Notes under the pieces: model-generated | Databases searched by the model: none | What the model saw: the letters and a program-made list of their open reading frames with translations, nothing else | What the model was told of the DNA's origin: nothing | From: Myxococcota bacterium | GTDB taxonomy: Bacteria; Myxococcota; JACRCW01 | Length of the DNA stretch: 23,130 bases | Direction: 5' to 3' | Assembly: GCA_040752415.1 (NCBI GenBank) | Contig: JBFMGU010000169.1 | Location: 1 to 23,130, forward strand | Part shown: positions 8,469 through 17,427 of the stretch, piece by piece | Numbering within the stretch: the stretch's first letter is position 1 | Layout of the letters: each line of letters starts with the position of its first letter | Translations under genes and position numbers: made by a program

Positions 8469-9056
8469 ATGCATCCGCTCCTCCGCAAGAACGTCTTCGT
8501 GGTGAAGGAACACGTGGGGCTGCTGAAGGCGGCCAACAACTTTGACGTGCTGGACCCGGAAACCGGCGCGGTGGTCCTGGAATGTCGCGAGGAGAACCTG
8601 GGGCCCATCACGAAGCTGCTGCGCTTCACCGACTACAAGCGCATGACGCCGTTCGAGCTCATCATCCGCCCGCCGGGTGGCGCGCCCATGCTGGTGGTGC
8701 GGCGTGGCATCTCCCTGTTCCTCTCCAACGTCGCCGTCACCGACGGGGGCGGCACGTCGCTGGGCTCTTTCCAGCAGCGCCTCTTCTCCATTGGCGGCGC
8801 GTTCCAGGTGTCCGACGCGGAAGGACGGCCCACCTGTGAGCTGAAGGGCAGCTGGACCAGCTGGGAGTTCAAGTTCCTCCGCGGCGACGCCACGCTGGCC
8901 ACGGTGAGCCGCGAGTGGGGTGGCCTGGGCCGGGAGCTGCTCACCACCGCCGACAACTACGTCCTCAACATCGAGCCCACCGTGGCGTACGACGACCCGG
9001 TGCGCGCGCTCATCCTTGCCGCGGTGCTCTGCATAGACATGGTTCTCAAGGAATAG
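8469..9056 (+). CDS. Phospholipid scramblase / LURP-one-related (tubby-like) protein
   Basis: FVVKEHVGLLKAANNFDVLDP, FTDYKRMTPFE, LKGSWTSWEF, GLGRELLTTADNY, LILAAVLCIDMVLKE. Confidence 0.85.
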   Translation: MHPLLRKNVFVVKEHVGLLKAANNFDVLDPETGAVVLECREENLGPITKLLRFTDYKRMTPFELIIRPPGGAPMLVVRRGISLFLSNVAVTDGGGTSLGSFQQRLFSIGGAFQVSDAEGRPTCELKGSWTSWEFKFLRGDATLATVSREWGGLGRELLTTADNYVLNIEPTVAYDDPVRALILAAVLCIDMVLKE

Positions 9057-9184
9057 CGTCTCCTCTCCCGCTCCATCCCACGTCGCCAGAGGTGATGTGC
9101 CGGCGCATCACAGTGTGACGGTACCGCCCCGCAGAAAGTCACACGTGACCACGCGCACGTCGCGAAAGCCCTCGGGTTTTCTGC

Positions 9185-9200
9185 TGGCATGGCGCTGGCT
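9185..9200 (+). promoter_or_regulatory. Candidate sigma54 promoter
   Basis: TGGCATGGCGCTGGCT = GG-N10-GC, 26 bp upstream of ATG 9227, which has a GGAGG RBS. Confidence 0.45.
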
Positions 9201-9226
9201 CTGGCGGGCGGGTCCGGAGGTGCGTC

Positions 9227-10627
9227 ATGCGTCGAGTGTGTTGGACCCTGGTGATGGCGTTGGTTCTTTCCGCGGCGTACTGCCCTCCGGTTCCGCCCAT
9301 TCCCGCCACGCTCCCGCCGCCTCCGCCTTTGCCTGCGCCGCCCACGGAAGTTGTGGATGAGATCGCGGGCGAGATCGTGGAAGACGTCACCGACCCGATC
9401 ATCGGGCCCATTGCGCAGGCGGTGGCGGACGCGTTGGTGGTGGCGCTCAGTGAGATCTTCACGGCGGTGGAGCAGATGTTGTGGGCGTTGCTGGATGCGC
9501 TCAGCCACCTGCGCGACTTTCGCGGAAAGCGTGGGCTCATCTGGTTCAACGCGGACCCCAGCAATCCGCTGGGCTTGTGGCGACCGGGAATGCCGGTGGC
9601 CGTGGGCGCGCCCGTCGTGCTGTCGGCGAACGACCTGGTGGGCCGAGACGGAAGCCCGAGCACGCACCCGGTGGTGGAGCCCGCGGACCTCTTTTCCGAC
9701 GTCATCACCGAGTACAACCACTTCGCCGGTCGCGCGAGCCGGCCCGGCACCGCGCAGATCACGTTCGAGGGCCCGGTGTCGGACTGCGTGGAAGTGGAGG
9801 TGCGCGAGGCAACAACGGCGGAGGTGACCGATCCGATGTTGCACCTCGGCGCGCTCATCGCGCTGGGCCTGGGAAGCGGCATGGCGCCGTTCTGGCCCGA
9901 CGTGGGCACCGAGCTGGTCATGGCGCCGCGGGAGCGCCTGCTGCTCCGTCCCGCGCTGCGGGATGAGTCGGGTGTGGCGTTGTACTTCCACGCCGCGGAC
10001 TTCGACTTTGGCGCCCAGGAGGAATGGGTCGTCAATGACTGGCGCATGGTGGGCGTGGTGTTGACGTCGGGCGGAAGGCCGGGCGCGGAGCGGTTGCTGA
10101 CGCTGCGGCATCGGGGTGAAGAGCTCGGTCGTCTCACGGTGCGTGTCGGCAATCCCGAGGACGTGGTGCGTCTCGACGTCGAAGCCACGGGCATCCCGGA
10201 AAGGCGCTACTACTGGGTCCACGCCACGGCGCTGCTTCCCGACGACACGGTGCTGTGGCAGGCGCCCCTGGCGTGGGAGCTCGACGAGGGTTTGGAGCGC
10301 TGGGACTTGCTGGCGGAGGCGGATCCGTCTCTGGCGCGCACGGACCTTGCGCTGGTGCGCTACGTGGGAGAGATGCCGGAGCGCGACGAGACGCGGACGG
10401 TGCGGGTGCGCATGGGCTCGCTGAGCGCGGAGGTCGGATTGACCATCCCGGGACATCCCACGACGACGTCAATGAGGCAGGCGGAGGAGGACACCACGCA
10501 GACGAGCAGCGGTGGCTGCAGTGGTGCGGGCGAGATTGACGGGGAGGTGGTGCCCTGGCCCGCGGTGTTCATCGCGTCGCTCGCGCTCTTGTCTGCGTGG
10601 CGTCGACGTGGTGGCCAGCGGACGTGA
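9227..10627 (+). CDS. Exported hypothetical protein with MYXO-CTERM-like sorting tail
   Basis: N-terminal signal, Pro-rich linker, C-terminal SSGGCS + hydrophobic helix + WRRR; GGAGG RBS. Confidence 0.75.
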   Translation: MRRVCWTLVMALVLSAAYCPPVPPIPATLPPPPPLPAPPTEVVDEIAGEIVEDVTDPIIGPIAQAVADALVVALSEIFTAVEQMLWALLDALSHLRDFRGKRGLIWFNADPSNPLGLWRPGMPVAVGAPVVLSANDLVGRDGSPSTHPVVEPADLFSDVITEYNHFAGRASRPGTAQITFEGPVSDCVEVEVREATTAEVTDPMLHLGALIALGLGSGMAPFWPDVGTELVMAPRERLLLRPALRDESGVALYFHAADFDFGAQEEWVVNDWRMVGVVLTSGGRPGAERLLTLRHRGEELGRLTVRVGNPEDVVRLDVEATGIPERRYYWVHATALLPDDTVLWQAPLAWELDEGLERWDLLAEADPSLARTDLALVRYVGEMPERDETRTVRVRMGSLSAEVGLTIPGHPTTTSMRQAEEDTTQTSSGGCSGAGEIDGEVVPWPAVFIASLALLSAWRRRGGQRT

Positions 10628-10652
10628 GGTCCACGCGGTATGCTCCGCGCCC

Positions 10653-11327
10653 ATGCCTCCCCGGCCCTCGCTCGCCCTGCTGGTCCTGGTCTCGTGTTGG
10701 AGCGCGTGTGACGTGGTCAGCCCGGGCAACGTGGGCGGCCCGGACGCCTCCCGATCCGCCCACGACGCTGGCTCACCCACCGACGCGGCCGTCACTCCAG
10801 ATGACCTGGGCTACGCCATCGTGGGTCTCGACATCCACCCTCCGCTCCGGCACCGCGTGACAGCGGTAACGTGTCCGTCCCCCGCGGCGGAAGCCTGCTC
10901 TCCCGACGACAACCTCGGCACCAATGTCTGTCTCGTCGGCAGCGACTGTGCGGATGGTTTCTGCGCGGACAACCCGTACGGCTGCGGTTGCTACCAGGCC
11001 ACCTGCCGCTCCGACGCCGATTGCGCGGCGAACGAGGTCTGTGCCTGCGACGGAGTTGGCGGCGTGCATCCCAACATCTGCATTCCCGCCGAGTGCCGCA
11101 CCGACGACGACTGCGATGGCCTGTGCCTCCTCAGCCTGGGGGCGCTTTCCCAGAGCAAGGTCCCCAGCAGCGACTGCTGCGGCTTCACCCTGCGCCTGGT
11201 GTGTGAGCGCGGCACCAGTACGTGTCGGGGCGGGGAGGATTGCCTGGGGAATGGCAACGCGTGTGCCTACGTCGAGGAGTGGGACCGGTTCGAATGTTCC
11301 GCCCGCGCAACCTGCACATGTGAATGA
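10653..11327 (+). CDS. Cys-rich lipoprotein with repeated CxxDxDC modules
   Basis: Signal LALLVLVSCWSAC; modules CLVGSDC, CRSDADC, CRTDDDC, CRGGEDC. Confidence 0.75.
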   Translation: MPPRPSLALLVLVSCWSACDVVSPGNVGGPDASRSAHDAGSPTDAAVTPDDLGYAIVGLDIHPPLRHRVTAVTCPSPAAEACSPDDNLGTNVCLVGSDCADGFCADNPYGCGCYQATCRSDADCAANEVCACDGVGGVHPNICIPAECRTDDDCDGLCLLSLGALSQSKVPSSDCCGFTLRLVCERGTSTCRGGEDCLGNGNACAYVEEWDRFECSARATCTCE

Positions 11328-11331
11328 ACCC

Positions 11332-12561
11332 TCAACACCGCGGCACGGGGGGGAGGACCACGGGTTGCTCCTCGGGAGGGCGCAGGCGTGGCTGCAGGGC
11401 GTGCAGCGCCTCGTCGACGGGAAGCACGCGTTGCTCCCGGTGCTCGCGCACGGAGACCCCGCCGCATTGCGCTTCCCGCTCACCGGCAATCCAGATCTGG
11501 GAGGCGCCACGCTGGTGGGCGTCGCGGATGCGTCGTGACAGCGACTCCTCCCGCGCATCCAGGTGACACCGCACCCCGCTGCCGACGAGGGAAGCGTGGA
11601 TCCGTCGCGCGTGCGCGTGCCCCGCGCCACCCACGGGCAACAGCGCCACCTGCTCGGGAGAGAGCCAGAGCGGCAGCCGTCCGCGGTGGTGCTCGAGCAG
11701 GATGGCCACGAAGCGCTCCAGGCTGCCCAGCAGCGCACGGTGCAGCATCACCGGTGCGGCGCGCTGCCCTTTCGCGTCAACATAGGAGATCCCGAAGCGC
11801 TTAGGCATCACCAGGTCCAGTTGCAGCGTGCCGCACTGCCAGGACCGACCGCGCGCATCCTTGAGATGCCACTCCAGCTTGGGACCGTAGAAGGCGCCCT
11901 GACCCGCCTGCTCCTCGGGGGAGAGACCCGCCTGCGCCGCAGCGTCATGGAGCAGCGCCTCCGCGCGGTCCCAATCCTCCTCCGAACCACCGCGCACCTC
12001 CGGCCGCGACGAGAAGAACACCTGCGGTTCCGGCAGGCCGAAGCTGCGGTACACCACGCCAAGCAGCGCGCAGAAGGACCTCACCTCCTGTTCCACGTGC
12101 TGCGGCTCGCAGAAGATGTGGCCGTCATCCTGGACAAAGGCGCGCAGGCGCATCAGTCCCATCAAGGCGCCGCGCGCCTCATGACGGTGACAGTGGCCGA
12201 ACTCCGCCAGGCGCATGGGCAGGTCCCGGTAGGATCTCAACGCGTGCGCGTAGATCTGGATGGCGCCGGGACAGCTCACCGGCTTGATGGCCAGGTTCTC
12301 GTCGTCGTCGTGGAGGATGAACATGTCCTTCTGGAAGCTGCCCCAGTGTCCGGAGGCCTCCCAGATGGGCTGGCTCAGCAGTTGCGGTGAACGGACCTCC
12401 TGGTAGCCCGCGCGCAGGACATTGGCGCGGATGTGGTCCTCCACGCTGCGGAAGAGCGCCCAGCCGCGCGGGTGCCAGAACACGGCGCCGGGGGCCTCCT
12501 CCTGCAGGTGGAACAGGTCCAGACGGTTTCCAATGGAGCGATGATCGTTGTGGTCCAACAT
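11332..12561 (-). CDS. thrS: Threonyl-tRNA synthetase, short form lacking N-terminal TGS/editing domains
   Basis: DHRSIG..LDLF, SGHW, KPVSCP, RHE, GLMRLRAFVQDDGH, FYGPK, QCGTLQLD, HRALLGSLERF, anticodon-binding domain; 409 aa; GGAGAG RBS. Confidence 0.95.
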   Translation of the reverse strand: MLDHNDHRSIGNRLDLFHLQEEAPGAVFWHPRGWALFRSVEDHIRANVLRAGYQEVRSPQLLSQPIWEASGHWGSFQKDMFILHDDDENLAIKPVSCPGAIQIYAHALRSYRDLPMRLAEFGHCHRHEARGALMGLMRLRAFVQDDGHIFCEPQHVEQEVRSFCALLGVVYRSFGLPEPQVFFSSRPEVRGGSEEDWDRAEALLHDAAAQAGLSPEEQAGQGAFYGPKLEWHLKDARGRSWQCGTLQLDLVMPKRFGISYVDAKGQRAAPVMLHRALLGSLERFVAILLEHHRGRLPLWLSPEQVALLPVGGAGHAHARRIHASLVGSGVRCHLDAREESLSRRIRDAHQRGASQIWIAGEREAQCGGVSVREHREQRVLPVDEALHALQPRLRPPEEQPVVLPPVPRC

Positions 12562-12611
12562 GGTTGCTCTCCGTGAGGGAAGCGCCCGACAGCGTCACGG
12601 AGATGGCCCAC

Positions 12612-12650
12612 AGAAACGTGAAAGCCCGCCGTGTGCTGCTGGGCGGGCTT
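12612..12650 (-). terminator. Attenuator terminator hairpin upstream of thrS
   Basis: Minus strand AAGCCCGCC-(11 nt)-GGCGGGCTT followed by TCACGTTTCT. Confidence 0.75.
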
Positions 12651-12677
12651 CCGGTCCGACGTGGTTTCTGCTTCAGG

Positions 12678-12755
12678 CTAATGCGCGCACGTCCATCCGT
12701 CCCCGCCGATTGCGGTGGTGGTGGTCGTGGTGGTGGTGCGCAGATTGCCGTGCAT
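12678..12755 (-). CDS. Thr-rich attenuator leader peptide (25 aa)
   Basis: MHGNLRTTTTTTTTAIGGDGWTCAH*, 8 consecutive Thr codons, directly upstream of the hairpin and thrS. Confidence 0.92.
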   Translation of the reverse strand: MHGNLRTTTTTTTTAIGGDGWTCAH

Positions 12756-12762
12756 GGAGGTG

Positions 12763-12791
12763 AGGATAGCGATGCCAACGCGAAGCGTCAA
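12763..12791 (-). promoter_or_regulatory. sigma70-type promoter of the thr leader/thrS
   Basis: TTGACG-17 bp-TATCCT; leader ATG lies 7 nt downstream of the -10. Confidence 0.8.
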
Positions 12792-12812
12792 CTGTCGTGC
12801 CCGGCGCGAGGC

Positions 12813-13781
12813 CTAAGCGTGCTGATCACCGAACTCGAACGCGGAGACCACCACGCCCATGACCTGGTCGGTGAAGACCTGGCGCCCCGCCTCCCCATCC
12901 GCGGCGCCGGCCACCACCATCAACGGCAGCAGGTGCTCCTCGCGCGGGTGGCTGAAGCGGCCGGCGGGCGCCTGCGCCCACTGCACCAGGCCCGCGTTGC
13001 GCGCGGGAGGCTCACCACAGCAGGTGTTGGCCAGCCATCCGTCAAAGCGCTGCGACTCGCCGAGCACGCCCTGCCGCATGAACGCGCGCATGTTGTGGAA
13101 GCTCATCCCGCTGCCAATGATCAAAACGCCCTCGTTGCGCAGCGGCGCCAGCGCACGGCCGATGGCGAGATGCGTGGCCGGGTCCAGGTTGGCATTGAGC
13201 GAGAGCTGGAGCGTGGGGATGCCAGCTTCGGGGTACGCAACCTTGAGCGGGACGAAGACGCCGTGGTCGAAGCCGCGGTTCTTGTCCTCCGTGCTGGGGA
13301 TGCCCGCCTTCTCGAGGAGGGAACGGACGCGCGCGGCGACGGCGGGCGCGCCGGGAGCGGGCCAGGTCAGCTCGTAGGTGTGCGGCGGAAAGCCGTAGTA
13401 GTCGTAGAAGAGCGCGGGGCGTTCCCCGGACTGCACGGTCACCACGCGCTCCTCCCAGTGCGCGGAGATGACCAGCAGCGCCTTGGGCTTCGCGTAACGC
13501 TGTCCGACGCTGCGCAGCCAGTTGGCCATGTTGTCCCACGTGTCGCGCGGGCCCATGGTCCATTCCATGAAGAAGCACGGACCGCCGCCGTGGGGGATGT
13601 ACAGCGTGGGCAGCTTCCCGCCGGTCTTCTCACCTGACACCATGTTGCTCTCCCGCGCCCCCATCACCAGTCCGGCCGCGCCCGCCGCCGCAGCACCCAG
13701 GAAGACGCGGCGCGACCATGAGGCCTCGTCGTCACCGGGCTTGGCTGCGTCGATCTTTTCGTCGTGGTCCTGGTCTTTCAC
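12813..13781 (-). CDS. DODA-type (LigB class III) extradiol ring-cleavage dioxygenase with Tat-like N-terminal extension
   Basis: LYIPHGGGP, VISAHWE, YDYYGFP, RGFDHG, GSGMSFHN, HPREEHLLPL; GTG 13781 has a GGAGG RBS; SRRVFL + hydrophobic stretch; alternative start ATG 13643. Confidence 0.9.
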   Translation of the reverse strand: MKDQDHDEKIDAAKPGDDEASWSRRVFLGAAAAGAAGLVMGARESNMVSGEKTGGKLPTLYIPHGGGPCFFMEWTMGPRDTWDNMANWLRSVGQRYAKPKALLVISAHWEERVVTVQSGERPALFYDYYGFPPHTYELTWPAPGAPAVAARVRSLLEKAGIPSTEDKNRGFDHGVFVPLKVAYPEAGIPTLQLSLNANLDPATHLAIGRALAPLRNEGVLIIGSGMSFHNMRAFMRQGVLGESQRFDGWLANTCCGEPPARNAGLVQWAQAPAGRFSHPREEHLLPLMVVAGAADGEAGRQVFTDQVMGVVVSAFEFGDQHA

Positions 13782-13848
13782 GGCGGGCCTCCGGGGCGGA
13801 TGAAGCATTCTCTAACGGCCTCCTTCCTGGCCCGCAAGAACCGGTGCG

Positions 13849-14658
13849 TCAGGTGGCCGCGGTGCGTGGCTCCTCGCCGTCAAACAGCACACCCACGCGG
13901 TTCAGCACCTTGGCAAACGGCGGAAGCTCCACCGGCGTGATTTCCGTGCGCGTCACCACCAGCTCCGGGTCCCTGTGGGCGGAGTGCCCGGGTGGGAGCG
14001 CGGTGAGCTCGTCGGCGGTGAACTTCCGGGAGGTGCGACGTCGCAGGATGAACGTGCCGCGCTTGAAGAACGCGGGATAGTCGTTCCAGTTGATGCCCTT
14101 CTGGTGGAGCAGCTCGTGCAGCGCCGCGCTCTTGCGGTTGGTGATCTCCTCGTGCGGGTAGTACGCGCGCGCCGCCATGCTCAGGGAGTTCTTGGTGGCA
14201 TCCAGCTCCCGCCACAGGAAGACGTTGGCGGCCTCCTCCTTCGTCGGGACGGCCCAGACGCGACAGTCAAACAGCGCCAGTGTGCCGGCCTTCTCTGGGA
14301 TGCGCGTGGGCAGCTCGGCGTTGAAGAACGCGGTGGCCATGGAGGCGAGGATGGAGGTCAGCTTCTGGATGCGCCCGTCGAGGAAGACCTGTCCCTTGGG
14401 TTCATCCGGGTACCAGAGCAGGCTGATCTCGTCGGACTGTGTGTAGCCGGCCCGTGCCGCGCTCTCCGTGACCAGGTAGCGCGTGGTGTCCACCATGAGG
14501 CGGGAGAGCCGCTCGTCATAGGGGCGGGGCAGTCCCTCGGTGAAGCGGGAGAAGCGTTTCCCGTCGATGCGCGCGCACACCGGCAAGCGGGCCATGAGGC
14601 GTCTTCCGGCCTCGGCCAGCTCGTACTCCTTCATGCGGTCGCCCAACTCGTCCTTCAT
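13849..14658 (-). CDS. Thg1-like protein (tRNA-His guanylyltransferase family, 3'-5' polymerase)
   Basis: RMKEYE, RIDGKRFSRFT, YTQSDEISL, RIQKL, FDCRV, WRELDATKNS, GINWND, KRGTF; catalytic carboxylates kept. Confidence 0.93.
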   Translation of the reverse strand: MKDELGDRMKEYELAEAGRRLMARLPVCARIDGKRFSRFTEGLPRPYDERLSRLMVDTTRYLVTESAARAGYTQSDEISLLWYPDEPKGQVFLDGRIQKLTSILASMATAFFNAELPTRIPEKAGTLALFDCRVWAVPTKEEAANVFLWRELDATKNSLSMAARAYYPHEEITNRKSAALHELLHQKGINWNDYPAFFKRGTFILRRRTSRKFTADELTALPPGHSAHRDPELVVTRTEITPVELPPFAKVLNRVGVLFDGEEPRTAAT

Positions 14659-14829
14659 CGTCCTTCAGACTCCAGCGCCCGTGAGCTCGCGAACTGTAGC
14701 CTGAGGCGCGCACCCATCACGAATCGTCCAGGGAGAGCTCGTAGGGGGCGTGGTGCATTCTGTTCCAATGTCAGTCCTGCGACAGGACAAACCCGGCTCA
14801 GTGGGGAGCAGGACGTACCCTTTCTGATG

Positions 14830-15050
14830 CCTGCCAATCTCATTGGCAGGGAGCCCAGGGCGTCGTCCCAAAAGAGCTGCACCCCATCTCATTGGCGGGG
14901 TGCAGCGGCGTGGTGAACGGTCCGGTGTCGGCGAGGCCCCGGGCTGACGAACCGCGCTCACTGTGACTGCTTCCACCGCCAAGTGCGGTTCGGCATCCCC
15001 TACATGGTTCACGTCGTCATCGTAGCGCTTCACCGCGCGCACCGGTCAAT
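14830..15050 (+). repeat. Dispersed intergenic repeat, copy B (longest), with palindrome
   Basis: cctgccaat-ctc-attggcagg at 14830..14850; 14860..14899 matches 22911..22949 inverted; 14958..15050 matches copy A. Confidence 0.85.
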
Positions 15051-15094
15051 CTGGAACCCGCTGGAATACCACCGGGAGCCGACGTCAGGCGCGT

Positions 15095-16063
15095 TCATCG
15101 CTCACCACCGGGACGGGGCAGGGACAGCGCGTGCAGGAAGAACGCGGCGAGCCCCGGCACGTCATTGGCCACGTAGGTCAGCGCTTCCCGCGGGTTGAAA
15201 CGCCAGAACAACGAGGGCGCGCGCAGGTGCTGCCGGATGGAATGCGGAACCGGGAACGACTCCACGCAACAGGCCCACGCCCGGTACGTGTGGTGCACGT
15301 GGTCCTCCAGCTCGCCGGTGAACGCGTCGAACACCATGCTGCCCATGCGCCGGTAGCCCCAACGCTGCTGCCGCCCCACGAACGCCCGACACAGCTGGCC
15401 GTACGCGTTGTACTCCTCGCGCTCCAGCACGCGCGCGGGAATGAGCGTGCCCATGAACGAATGCAGGCTAAGCACCGCGTGGAACCGCTGCGCGGCGAAG
15501 AGCGCATCCAGGTGGCGCACCTCCGGCTCACTGAGCGGGGCGGGACCCCGGTAGGTCGCGTCGCCGTGACGGTGGGAGCCGGTGAAGGGCTTGCGCGAGG
15601 GCTTGGCACCGTGCGGCAGGGGGAAGTTGCGGTTGAGGTCCACGCCGTGCGCGTTGGTGCGCAGTTGCGCCAGCGTTCCCACCCCGCCTTGCGCGACGGT
15701 GCGCGCGTATCCGTCGGGATTGGCGCAGGGGATGACCCAGACCTCCGCTTTCTCCCGCAGCTCACCCAGCAGCCCCTCGCCGCGGTGCAATCCATCCAGC
15801 AGACCCAACGCCACGCGACCGGCAATCAGCTCCACGCCGTGGATGTTGGCGGCGCACAGGACCCGGGACGACGTGTTTCCCGTCGCAGGAACGCGCACCG
15901 CGGTGAGCGGCCGCCCCTGCACGCTCTCGCCATAATGCACGAGCTCGCCTCCCAGCGTCTCCGCCCAGCCACGGGCTTGATGCTCACGGCGTTCCTCGGA
16001 GGGGTAGTCGCCCAGGCCGGAGGTGCCGGTGAGCACCGCGGGGGCGGAGGCGTTGGTTTGCAT
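15095..16063 (-). CDS. M14-family zinc carboxypeptidase
   Basis: YGESVQGRPL, NIHGVE (HxxE), NPDG, NAHGVDLNRNF, SEPE, LSLHS. Confidence 0.9.
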   Translation of the reverse strand: MQTNASAPAVLTGTSGLGDYPSEERREHQARGWAETLGGELVHYGESVQGRPLTAVRVPATGNTSSRVLCAANIHGVELIAGRVALGLLDGLHRGEGLLGELREKAEVWVIPCANPDGYARTVAQGGVGTLAQLRTNAHGVDLNRNFPLPHGAKPSRKPFTGSHRHGDATYRGPAPLSEPEVRHLDALFAAQRFHAVLSLHSFMGTLIPARVLEREEYNAYGQLCRAFVGRQQRWGYRRMGSMVFDAFTGELEDHVHHTYRAWACCVESFPVPHSIRQHLRAPSLFWRFNPREALTYVANDVPGLAAFFLHALSLPRPGGER

Positions 16064-16092
16064 GGGGATGATTCTACCCACTTCGTTGCGGA

Positions 16093-16683
16093 TCAGCTCT
16101 TGACCCGACGGAACACCACCGGCTTGGCCCACGTCTTGGGTTGGCCCGCGTACTTCTTGATGGCATTGCGCAGCGCTTTGGTCTCGTCGGTGAACAACAC
16201 GAAGGTGCTCTCTCCGTTGCCAATCGCCGTCGAGCTGGGAAAGCCCCTGCTGCCGCGATGGCCCTTGATGAAGTCGCTGTCCACCGGCCAGAGCGTGAGC
16301 GCGTCGTCCTTGATCTCCGCGGCGAGGAGGAAGTGCGGGCGCACCACGTAGGGGAGGACCCCCTTGGTGGATGCATCCTCCATGAGCTGCGCGTCGACAA
16401 ACGTCTTCCCCGTCACGCCCTTGAGCGTGAAGGGAACCACCACGAGCGGCGCCGTCCCGTCGTCAGTGGTGAACACCACCTTGTAGGACGTCGCGGAGTG
16501 CGGCTCGATGGTGAGGCGGGAGCCCTTCTCTCCCTCCTGCTGGAACGTCCCCTGCACCGCGGGCAGCGGCGTGACGACGTCTTCCGGTGTGAACAACGGC
16601 TGCGTGCTGCCCGCGTGACACCCGAGCAGCGCACCCGTCCCAAGGAGCAACACCAGGCCACGCGTGACAAAAGACGAGCTCAT
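16093..16683 (-). CDS. Hypothetical lipoprotein
   Basis: Signal RGLVLLLGTGALLGC (lipobox LLGC), GC3-biased frame. Confidence 0.75.
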   Translation of the reverse strand: MSSSFVTRGLVLLLGTGALLGCHAGSTQPLFTPEDVVTPLPAVQGTFQQEGEKGSRLTIEPHSATSYKVVFTTDDGTAPLVVVPFTLKGVTGKTFVDAQLMEDASTKGVLPYVVRPHFLLAAEIKDDALTLWPVDSDFIKGHRGSRGFPSSTAIGNGESTFVLFTDETKALRNAIKKYAGQPKTWAKPVVFRRVKS

Positions 16684-16830
16684 GTCGCCGACTGTAACCA
16701 CGCCCGGACCCCGTGCAACGCGGGTCCGCATGACCATCATACGAATTCTCCAAGCGCGCGAAGATGCACGGGAATTCGACACAAACATCGTTGTTCACAT
16801 CATGGGATCGTCTCGTTATGGTGCGCGCCC

Positions 16831-17427
16831 ATGGATGCGCAGACATCACGTGCCCGCAAGAAGGAAAAGACGCGTCAACAGCTCCTGGAGGCCGCATCCC
16901 GTCGCCTCAAGACCGACGGTCTCCACGCCTCCATTGCTCGCATCATGGCGGACGCGGAGCTCACGCACGGCGCGTTCTACGCGTACTTCCGGGACAAGAA
17001 CGGACTCATCGTGGAGTCGCTGCGGTGGGCCATGGACCGCACGGCGCGGATGGTGGCGGCGTCCATCCCCGCGGACCTCCCGCCCGCGGAGCGACTCACA
17101 CGTTTCCTCGGTTTCTACCTGAGCCCCAGGCACCGGCAGGACGTGGCGGAGGGATGCCCGGTGGCGTCGTTGGCGCGGGACCTGGGGAGGGCTTCGCCGG
17201 AGCTTCGTCGGGAGTTCGCGGAGGAGCTGGATGGGATGATTGAGCAGCGTCGCGCCCTGTTCGGGCCCCCGGGGACGCCCATGGCCCGCGACCAATGGAT
17301 CGGCGTGATGTGCACCTACGTGGGCGCGCTCATCCTCAGTCGCGCGGTGGCTGGCAGTGATCACCCGCTTTCCGACGAGATTCTCAACGCTGCTCGCAGT
17401 TTCCTGGTGGGGAGGAACGACCCATGA
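16831..17427 (+). CDS. TetR/AcrR-family transcriptional regulator
   Basis: KEKTRQQLLEAA, SIARIMADAELTHGAFYAYFRDK, YLSPRH, GCPVASL; TTCACA-17-TATGGT lies 8 nt upstream. Confidence 0.93.
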   Translation: MDAQTSRARKKEKTRQQLLEAASRRLKTDGLHASIARIMADAELTHGAFYAYFRDKNGLIVESLRWAMDRTARMVAASIPADLPPAERLTRFLGFYLSPRHRQDVAEGCPVASLARDLGRASPELRREFAEELDGMIEQRRALFGPPGTPMARDQWIGVMCTYVGALILSRAVAGSDHPLSDEILNAARSFLVGRNDP

